IMG/VR virus record: IMGVR_UViG_2864926767_000001
DNA: 64,000 nt
From: a virus
Direction: 5' to 3' (one strand)
Under the pieces are notes generated by a model, which saw only the letters and a program-made list of their open reading frames with translations, was not told the DNA's origin and did no database searches. Positions 56,648 to 64,000 of this stretch are shown one piece after another; positions within the stretch are counted from its first letter, which is position 1, and every line of letters starts with the position of its first letter. The position numbers and the translations under genes were made by a program.

Positions 56648-57554
56648 AGAAGTCGAAGTTGGCCCAACGGTGGTGCTGGCCAAGACCCGTGGACTGCTGG
56701 TGATCGGCGACCCCCTGCTCGGCGGCGGGCGGCGGATCGGCCGGGTTGATGATGTTTGGGGCTCGGCCCTGGATAAGCTCCGGCAGGCGATTTCCATCGC
56801 CATCGAGCGCAACCTGCAGCCCGTGATCGTTGCTGACCTGCTCCATGAGACCCGTGACATCGGGCAGCTAGTGCCCATCATCGAGATCTTCAAGGACAAG
56901 AAGCCCATCCTGGTTCCCAGGAATTGCCGCTGGGAAGAGCAGAACCAGGGCCATGTCGCCGCCATCCTGGAGAAGGCCAACCTGACCTACATCGCCGGCC
57001 GCGATGCAGACAGGTTCCAGCTAAACCATAGCTCCGGCGGCAAGGCGAAGAAAATGGAGGTGACCTGCCACACCTGCTGGGGTGGGGCAGAGCGCCTAGA
57101 GTTTGGCTCCCGTGCGTTCCTGCGCATCCCGGCAATGAACCTCACCATCGTGCACAGCAACTCTCTACCGCTGGTGGACTCCAGTGACGGCCAGACCCTT
57201 CTGGTAGCCGGCCGACTGCTGCGCCTGGGCCCAAGCGAGGAGAGCCAGAAGGTCTACGTCCATGAGGTAACGGCCGACGGAATAGAGGCAATTCCGCTCG
57301 AACTTACCCCAATTGTGTTCTCGGGCGTATCGAACTCTGCTGAAGCTGCGGTGAACCAGTTGCGCAACGCCTCTCTGTTCGTGGAGATGCTGCGCAAGTC
57401 CACCGAGGACATTGCTGAGGAGAGTGGTCGCGAAAGCCTGCTGGAGCTGATCGACGAGGTCTGCGACTCAAACAAGCACGACGACTACATCCGACAGCTG
57501 CTCCTGCAGCTTGCCAAAGACACGCTTGAGCAGGAAACCAGTCTGAACAGCTGA
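56640..57554 (+). CDS. Degenerate Mre11/SbcD-like metallophosphoesterase
   Basis: LLVIGDPLL..R.DD....LDKL...I.IA....VIVADLLH; overlaps the Rad50-like stop. Confidence 0.65.
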   Translation: MTEEVEVGPTVVLAKTRGLLVIGDPLLGGGRRIGRVDDVWGSALDKLRQAISIAIERNLQPVIVADLLHETRDIGQLVPIIEIFKDKKPILVPRNCRWEEQNQGHVAAILEKANLTYIAGRDADRFQLNHSSGGKAKKMEVTCHTCWGGAERLEFGSRAFLRIPAMNLTIVHSNSLPLVDSSDGQTLLVAGRLLRLGPSEESQKVYVHEVTADGIEAIPLELTPIVFSGVSNSAEAAVNQLRNASLFVEMLRKSTEDIAEESGRESLLELIDEVCDSNKHDDYIRQLLLQLAKDTLEQETSLNS

Positions 57555-57558
57555 AAAG

Positions 57559-57584
57559 AAAAGGGCGCCGGAAGGCGCCCTTCT
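57559..57584. terminator. Intrinsic terminator between convergent genes
   Basis: AAGGGCGCC-GGAA-GGCGCCCTT with A-run on the left. Confidence 0.7.
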
Positions 57585-57600
57585 CAGTAACACCAGGTCT

Positions 57601-60159
57601 TCACGGGCGAGGCGCCGCGTCCCTTTCCAGACCAAGCAACTGAAGGATCGTTTTCACGATCTTTGCGACCATCTCCGCCAACTCTTGGGCAGTTTCCTTA
57701 AGATCGCGAGCCATCTCACCAATGTCGTTCTCGTGAGCAGCTGCGCTGTCGATCACCCCCTTAGATTGCAGGATCTCAGCTCTAGCTCTCTGAAGGGCAT
57801 CGCCAAGCTCACGTGGATACTTGGTAGCAGAGAACTTGGAGACGCCCTTGATCGAGGCATTGAGCGACTTCAATGCATTACCGAAGGTTTCCCAGCGCTC
57901 CTTCTCCATATCGTCAGTGACAACGTGGCCTGGGCGGGCAGGGGCACCAAGGAATGATCTGCAGGTGGCCAGATTGTCTGTGGCAGCTTCGATCCCAGCA
58001 GTGAAGTCGCCCGGCTTCACACGCTTGGTGCTGAGAGAACCCAGCGCAGAGCCTGCAATGCTGGCAACGGCTCCCACGATGGCACCGAACCCTAGGTCGA
58101 TAGCCATGCCACCACCTCCGCCTCCTCCAGGCGATCCATGGTGACGAGAATGTCTGTGTCCCCCACGCTCATGCTCACGTAGGTCATTCATCGCTTTCTT
58201 AGCGCGATCATTGAGCTCAGAGTTAGGGTCGATCTTCGCCTCTTTGGGCGTGCTCGGGCCACGTGGCTTGTTCGGCTGACCAAAGTTGATCCCTGGCTCA
58301 TCCCCCTTCGCGGAAGTTGACGAACCTTGCCCTGGAGCGAATTTTTGGCTGGCACCCGGCGACTTGCCATGGGATTTGGCTCCAGGCCTGTTCTTGTAGC
58401 TCGAGTGTTTGCCGGCGCTGCCGTTGTGCTTTGGCCGACGGTCATCTCGCTCGTTTTTCTGCTCCTGATCTTCAGCATCTCTCTCCGACTGAGACATGTC
58501 CTCTCGCCAGCGTTTACGCTGAGGAGGCTCGCTGCTCAGTTCGGCGGACTCATAGCTGGAGTAGTCCTGAGGGTCACCCTCGATGTGCGGAGGAGGGGCG
58601 TCGTCCGTAGAGCCCTGAGCATCAGATCCAGGACTGCGGTTATCGTGCGGCGCTGAATAGCCATCTTCGATTGCGCTGGCGACATCTGGCGGATAGCCAT
58701 AATCCTCGTAGGCATCGAGGGGAATCTCGTCCATAGGGGGCAGAGCGCCCTCAGGTGCGCCTGAGGCGATATTGTCCATCGCCTCGCCCTGCGGGCCCAG
58801 TTCGGGTGATTCGACGCTGGAAGGTGCCTCCTGGGGCGTTTGTGGAGGTTGCTCGGGAGCTGTCGCCGGCTTATTGCCACGCTGGTTCCTTTCACGGCGC
58901 CTTTTGGCTCGTTCCTCCATGTCACGGTTGAACTTGCCGTTCTTGTCAGCAAGAGCTTGGATAGCATCCAGATCCTTTAGATCGAACTGCTCCACAACAT
59001 AGCCGTTGAGCACCAGGTCGTACTTACCCTGGGCCGTGCTCGAAGGCTGGATTCGGTGAGGAGCGTCCAGCAGCTGCAGCAAGCCGTCATCCAGTTCGGC
59101 CTTCACCGCCAAAACGAAGCGCGCTGGGATGTCTTCACGAGAGAACTTGGCCATCTCGCCACGGTTCTGCTGGCTCAGCGTGTAGTCACGCATGATCCAG
59201 TCGGCAATGAAGTAAGCCCGGTTCCGCATCGTCGTGTGATTGTAAGGGACGTACTGATCCGAACCCTTCGGCCGGCCCTGGTCAGCCAAAGCCTTGTCGT
59301 ATTTCTCCTCGAACATCACGCGGTTGCCCAACAGATCCATGAAACTCTCATCCCACTTCATGTCGAACTGGGGGTTCAGGACGGGATAGGCGGCCGGATC
59401 TTTCGGGGCGTACTTCTCTGCGGCCGCAGCGTAGGCGGCCTTCAGCTCATCTCGCAGGCGCGCCTCTTCGGCCTTGTTGGCCTGGAACTCAGGGAAATGA
59501 GCCTCCACATCAGCCTGGGTAACGTCGTTTCTGTCCTTCCCCTGGGAGTCAAAAGCCTCAAGAACCTCAACCGTCTTGGCTTGGCGTTCAGCGACAAGCT
59601 TAGCAATCTGCTCCTGGTGAGCAGGGATGTCCTCGGGCTGCGCCATAAGCTGCCCGATCAGATCACGAGTCTTTTCCTCGTGTTTGAAGCCAACCCAGTG
59701 CTTGGGGTTGATGAACATCGGGAGCTCTTTGACCTTCTGCACCACCTGGAAGTGGGTGCCTTGCTCAAGGTCATAAACCCCTGTAACCCCGGTAAAGGCC
59801 AGGAATTCCTTGAGCTTGAGCAGGTCGATACCCTCGTCGCTGCTCTGCATGTGGTGCAGGTATTGCCCCATCTGAGAGACGAGGTGGTCGGGGACTCCGG
59901 AGCAGCGAAGCGCATCGCGCACGGCCGAAACGCTGATTTCCAGCGGGTCGCGACCTCCAGTGTCCTCTACCTCGGTGTGGTACTCGCCGGACTCGTAGTC
60001 GAAGAATTTAACAACCCTGGTGTCTTGCTGCGCGATGAACTCGCGCATGAAGGCGTCGACGTAGGGGCTGCCCTTTAGCAAGTCGTGGAAGTAGTAGGGC
60101 ACGCCGAGGTCGTAGGACTTCGGCAGCGTCCAGGATTTTTCTGGGGATTGCTGGCTCAT
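57601..60159 (-). CDS. Large hypothetical protein: globular N-terminus, disordered middle, Gly-rich hydrophobic segment, helical C-terminus
   Basis: AAGGAG SD before ATG 60159; about 852 aa. Confidence 0.8.
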   Translation of the reverse strand: MSQQSPEKSWTLPKSYDLGVPYYFHDLLKGSPYVDAFMREFIAQQDTRVVKFFDYESGEYHTEVEDTGGRDPLEISVSAVRDALRCSGVPDHLVSQMGQYLHHMQSSDEGIDLLKLKEFLAFTGVTGVYDLEQGTHFQVVQKVKELPMFINPKHWVGFKHEEKTRDLIGQLMAQPEDIPAHQEQIAKLVAERQAKTVEVLEAFDSQGKDRNDVTQADVEAHFPEFQANKAEEARLRDELKAAYAAAAEKYAPKDPAAYPVLNPQFDMKWDESFMDLLGNRVMFEEKYDKALADQGRPKGSDQYVPYNHTTMRNRAYFIADWIMRDYTLSQQNRGEMAKFSREDIPARFVLAVKAELDDGLLQLLDAPHRIQPSSTAQGKYDLVLNGYVVEQFDLKDLDAIQALADKNGKFNRDMEERAKRRRERNQRGNKPATAPEQPPQTPQEAPSSVESPELGPQGEAMDNIASGAPEGALPPMDEIPLDAYEDYGYPPDVASAIEDGYSAPHDNRSPGSDAQGSTDDAPPPHIEGDPQDYSSYESAELSSEPPQRKRWREDMSQSERDAEDQEQKNERDDRRPKHNGSAGKHSSYKNRPGAKSHGKSPGASQKFAPGQGSSTSAKGDEPGINFGQPNKPRGPSTPKEAKIDPNSELNDRAKKAMNDLREHERGGHRHSRHHGSPGGGGGGGMAIDLGFGAIVGAVASIAGSALGSLSTKRVKPGDFTAGIEAATDNLATCRSFLGAPARPGHVVTDDMEKERWETFGNALKSLNASIKGVSKFSATKYPRELGDALQRARAEILQSKGVIDSAAAHENDIGEMARDLKETAQELAEMVAKIVKTILQLLGLERDAAPRP

Positions 60160-60209
60160 GGGCTCTCCTTTCATAACCTATTGTTCGGCCGGAGAGCCGG
60201 CCGGGGCAA

Positions 60210-61343
60210 TCAATGTTGCAGCTGGTCGAGACGGACTGTGGCCTTCTGAACAAGCATTTGCTCAATGAGAAGGGTCGACTTAAGCCTCTCAATCGCAAGC
60301 TGCATGTCCACACCGGCCATGAGCAGGTCATCCCTGGCGTTCTCAGCGGGGGAGGTCGCAGAGTTCAAAGCCACTTTGTGGATGAACGACTCACCATCGG
60401 TAGAAGGACTGCCGTCCTCATCCAAGTACATCTCCGCTGGTAGGGTCTGAAGCATCAGTTTGGAGGGTTGCCCATCCGCAACGGCGGTTCTTAGCGCAAT
60501 CTGACGCCCCACCATCGCTGTGACCAAACCCCTGGCATTCTTCTTCCTGAGCTCAGAGACAATTTCAGCCTCCGTCGTGGGATCGTTCTTGCTCAAGTTG
60601 ATGTACGGGCGATAGGTTATCAGCGCCTGGTTTACCGCCATCTGCAACTCTTCGGTGCTGTAGATGGGGGAGGCATTCTGCGAGAGGAACAGCAAGGATG
60701 CATCATCGGCCAGAGGTTGCTTTCCAGCATCTTCCCAGGCCTTGTGCTGGTCGTATGCGGCCAACATCCTTTCGTTGTATGTGTCGATCAGCTTCTCAGC
60801 CTCAGTTTTCTCCCTTTTTCCGCCGGCAGGAGCAGACGAACCGTCATCAGCTGCCTGCAGCCCTACAGACGAGAGCTGGCCGTCGAGCCGGCTCTTGATC
60901 TTCAAGTACATGTCGGAGATGCCCGTAGGAGCGACCTGGATAGCGTCGTTCACTGCGGTGCCGATAACATCGTCGTTACAGAGCTGATCTGAAAGCGCCT
61001 GCTGCACGTACACCTTCTCGCATGCATCCTGCACCGGGCGCTGCCGGCTCTGCTGCTCCAGGCCTGTAACCTCCTGGAGAACGCCGTTCAGTCGCGCGAC
61101 GGTGTTAGCGGCACCGTTATTGATGGTGTCGATGCTGGAGTCGAAGTATTGCTTCTTGGCGTCCAACATCTCCTGAATGTAGAGGTTCTCTTTCATCCAC
61201 TCCATGCTGCGCTTGATGTCGCTTGTGACTGCCTGCTTCAGCTTTTCGAAGTCCGAGACCAGGAGGATGTAAGCGTTGGCCATAGGCACAGCACCCAGCG
61301 CAACCACCAGGGCCAATGCAGATAGCGCATGCTTCCTTTTCAT
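60210..61343 (-). CDS. Exported helical protein, possibly conjugative (TraW/IcmX/VirB5-like)
   Basis: Signal peptide ending ANA; helical body with a Cys pair; function is inferred. Confidence 0.5.
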   Translation of the reverse strand: MKRKHALSALALVVALGAVPMANAYILLVSDFEKLKQAVTSDIKRSMEWMKENLYIQEMLDAKKQYFDSSIDTINNGAANTVARLNGVLQEVTGLEQQSRQRPVQDACEKVYVQQALSDQLCNDDVIGTAVNDAIQVAPTGISDMYLKIKSRLDGQLSSVGLQAADDGSSAPAGGKREKTEAEKLIDTYNERMLAAYDQHKAWEDAGKQPLADDASLLFLSQNASPIYSTEELQMAVNQALITYRPYINLSKNDPTTEAEIVSELRKKNARGLVTAMVGRQIALRTAVADGQPSKLMLQTLPAEMYLDEDGSPSTDGESFIHKVALNSATSPAENARDDLLMAGVDMQLAIERLKSTLLIEQMLVQKATVRLDQLQH

Positions 61344-62752
61344 CGATAATCCTCCGGTTTCCCATCATTCTTCGCCGCGATCATCGCGTCAGAGATGCCC
61401 CAGACCCATGACATGTGCCGGCGTGCACGCGGCAGGATCTCTTTCAAGTCCGGCTCAATGTCGATCAGCGGGTCTTCGAGGGTATCCAGCCTGTCCTTGA
61501 AAGAGCGCTCGAAGAGCGAAAACTCCATCGTCGGGTGCTTGATCGTGTACTCCTCGCGCTGTGCGACGCTCATCGCCGAAAGATCGTCGATCAACCGCTC
61601 ACCGGCCTCAGACCAACTCTCTCCCATCAGCTTGTCCAGGCCCTTGAGGTACGCCGACCTCCAACGAAGTGTCTCCACCTGGCCCAACTTGGGCACCTTC
61701 GCGTTATCGGCGTAGGCCTTAGCCATGGTGCGCATACGTACCAGCAAGTCTTCAAGGGCTTTCCCCGAGTACCCCATGTCGAGCTCAGCAATGACGCTCT
61801 CCAGCAGGGGGAGGGGCATCTGGGGATCATGCTCGAGGTAATCCAGCTCTGGGAGCTGCTCACAGAGGGCTTCAACGTAGGCCCTGGAGGCCAGCTGTAG
61901 GGTCGGATTGAGCAGGCTCTTGAACAGCAGTTCCTTGTCAGTGATGTCGACCTGGCGCGACCAGGTGAACGCTACCTCTTTGGAAAGGGCCAGGGCGGCC
62001 TTCTGAAGGGCCTGGACGACCTCATGAGGCATCCACACACCCCAGAGGCCATCGAGATCCTGGAAGGCCGTCAGGGCGCCGTTGTAGAGCTCCAGTTTGA
62101 CCGTGAGCATCGAGTCGCTGGTGGCTTCCTCCAGGCGGTACTCGTTGAACTCTTCGGTCTCGAGCAACCATTGCTTGGAAACCTCGACCACACCCTCGAG
62201 CTGAGCGAAGCTGGCGCGGTCGTACATCTTGGAGAGGTTGCCACCCACCAGACGCCGCCACAGGCGCGCCATAACGTCAGCATTCGGGGCGCCGTTGACG
62301 TCCAGGACGAGGTCGATCAGCGTAAGGTGGTCTTTGCACATGACCGAGACTTTCGCCTTCAGCTCTTCCTTGGACAGGCCAGGGTTGTTCGAAATGACGT
62401 TGAGGTAGATACCGACGGCCTCGCGCAGGGCCTGTACATAGGCCTGCAGGGCCTTGTAGAAGACGAAGGACTTTGGCTGGCTCGACGTTGTCGGTGGTTT
62501 CTTTGCTGGCGCCACAGGCGGAGAAGGGGCCTTGGGCGGCGCAGAGGTGGAGCGAGGTGCGTAGTGGTTCGGCGGAGTGCCCGGTGGATTCGGGTTCTTA
62601 CGCATGGCCGGCGGCGTAGCGTCATCAAGCCAGGCGCGATGGCGCGCGGACATCTCCTGGATGTCATTGCCAAGCTCGAAGTCTTCATCGTCCTCTTCCA
62701 GGAGATCCTTCAACGACCGGCCGGTGCCGGCGTGGCCTTTTACTTCAGACAT
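61340..62752 (-). CDS. Hypothetical protein
   Basis: 470 aa ORF, Pro-rich N-terminus, GGAG SD, coupled to the next gene. Confidence 0.75.
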   Translation of the reverse strand: MSEVKGHAGTGRSLKDLLEEDDEDFELGNDIQEMSARHRAWLDDATPPAMRKNPNPPGTPPNHYAPRSTSAPPKAPSPPVAPAKKPPTTSSQPKSFVFYKALQAYVQALREAVGIYLNVISNNPGLSKEELKAKVSVMCKDHLTLIDLVLDVNGAPNADVMARLWRRLVGGNLSKMYDRASFAQLEGVVEVSKQWLLETEEFNEYRLEEATSDSMLTVKLELYNGALTAFQDLDGLWGVWMPHEVVQALQKAALALSKEVAFTWSRQVDITDKELLFKSLLNPTLQLASRAYVEALCEQLPELDYLEHDPQMPLPLLESVIAELDMGYSGKALEDLLVRMRTMAKAYADNAKVPKLGQVETLRWRSAYLKGLDKLMGESWSEAGERLIDDLSAMSVAQREEYTIKHPTMEFSLFERSFKDRLDTLEDPLIDIEPDLKEILPRARRHMSWVWGISDAMIAAKNDGKPEDYR

Positions 62753-62767
62753 GAATCGGGATCTCCG

Positions 62768-63436
62768 TTAGAAGCCTTGAGAGTATTCGTCGTCGCGCGC
62801 CGTGCGAGGCTGCTGAAGCAGCTCCTCGGCAGCTCGGCGGGCTTTGTTAAGCGCATTGATGATGTCTTCTTCAGTGGCCCAGCCAAGAAGCTCGCTCAGC
62901 CCCAGATGACCTCCTGTGAGCAAAGGGAACCCACTTTCGTTTTCCCATTCTGGGGTGGTTTTGAAGAGTGTATGAACTTTCCAATTTGGAGCTTTTTCTT
63001 TCAGCAGGGAGTTTTCGTGATCGATCTCGAAAACATCAGTAACGGCAACTTCCATAACGAGGCCTCTGAGGCCTTTTGTCAGAACTTCAAGATCACCCAC
63101 TTTAGCTTCCAGCATCGATGCAATTACTGGATCTCGGCGCTGCTCATCGGAGAGGTGGCGGGCAAGGACGATCTCGATGCCTGAAACCCTGGAGTTATTC
63201 GCAACGTAAACCACGTCAGAGAACAGGCGGAAGCCGAATAGGCTGAGAGCCAGCTCCTCCGCGCGGTGCGCCAGGCGCGGAAGGGACACGTAAGGGTGCA
63301 ATGCAGCTGATAGTGGCCAGGTATCTCCCTTGAGGGAGACCTCGAACTCGCCAAGTCCAAGACTTCCTAGAGTTTCTTCAAAAGAATTCTGGATGTCATA
63401 AACGTCTTTCAGCTTAAACGAATCTTCGTTATACAT
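62768..63436 (-). CDS. Hypothetical protein
   Basis: 222 aa ORF co-oriented with the downstream operon. Confidence 0.7.
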   Translation of the reverse strand: MYNEDSFKLKDVYDIQNSFEETLGSLGLGEFEVSLKGDTWPLSAALHPYVSLPRLAHRAEELALSLFGFRLFSDVVYVANNSRVSGIEIVLARHLSDEQRRDPVIASMLEAKVGDLEVLTKGLRGLVMEVAVTDVFEIDHENSLLKEKAPNWKVHTLFKTTPEWENESGFPLLTGGHLGLSELLGWATEEDIINALNKARRAAEELLQQPRTARDDEYSQGF

Positions 63437-63505
63437 TTCACTGTGTCTTGTATTGTTATTTTCATGATTCTAGTATCGCACCATAATCATGACAATAAGC
63501 TCGAA

Positions 63506-64000
63506 ATGAGACCACCAAAAGACGCACTGGACACTCAGTCTAACGAAGAGTCTGTTCTTCTAAGTCTGGGGCACGAAATCATCAACTTCCGCGAAGGCTT
63601 CGCAAAGCAATCGCTCAAGCACACATTCGTGCTGAGCCAGTACGGCAGCGGGATGTTTGGCCTGATGTCGAAGGACGGCCAGCTGTATCTGGGCATCCCG
63701 GAGCTCTTCTACGAGCGGTTCCAGAAGGCAAAGTGGAGGTATGCAGCCAGGGTCGCAAATGAGCCCGGCCTGTTCCTGGTGATCCGCTTCGTGCACGAAA
63801 ACGGCGGCCACGACGCCGGCCTGCGCATCTTCTTCCGCTCCAAGCGCGTCAACGCCATCGACGAGAAGGTGACCGAGATCAGGGCTGTGCCGATGGACGA
63901 GAGCGGAATCACTCGCGCCAGGGACATGCTGGAGGGCTTCCCTCTCGATATCAAGCACCTGACCCGGTACGAGTGGGAGTTCGCTGACAAGGGCTTCTAG
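63506..64000 (+). CDS. Hypothetical protein
   Basis: ATG 63506; GC3-rich coding pattern; TAG at the window end. Confidence 0.6.
   Translation: MRPPKDALDTQSNEESVLLSLGHEIINFREGFAKQSLKHTFVLSQYGSGMFGLMSKDGQLYLGIPELFYERFQKAKWRYAARVANEPGLFLVIRFVHENGGHDAGLRIFFRSKRVNAIDEKVTEIRAVPMDESGITRARDMLEGFPLDIKHLTRYEWEFADKGF

Overview
A GC-rich (Pseudomonas-like codon usage) segment that reads as the backbone of a very large plasmid or phage-like replicon. It has no rRNA, tRNA, IS or CRISPR array. It encodes a near-autonomous replication, recombination and nucleotide-supply toolkit: NrdA, DnaE, DnaQ, DnaB, DnaG, a lambda O/P-like pair, an AEP primase with a P-loop helicase-like partner, RecD2, RecQ, RecG, UvrD, TopB, RdgC, HU and ParAB. 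It also encodes sigma-like factors, a TraR/DksA-like protein, an EAL protein, DsbC and a lytic transglycosylase. A 3.5 kb non-coding region next to parAB holds about 16 copies of the palindrome TTCTGCAWWWTGCAGAA and a LexA box. The main oddities are: (1) an operon with a circularly permuted Rad50/SbcC, a small coiled-coil partner and a degenerate Mre11; (2) a dispersed non-palindromic 16-mer GTACC-N4-ATCRCGG (8 copies); (3) NrdA without its C-terminal redox CxxC tail; (4) several catalytically degenerate enzymes; (5) recurring short C-terminal tails that may be conjugative export signals. All protein calls come from motif reading by eye; no database search was run.
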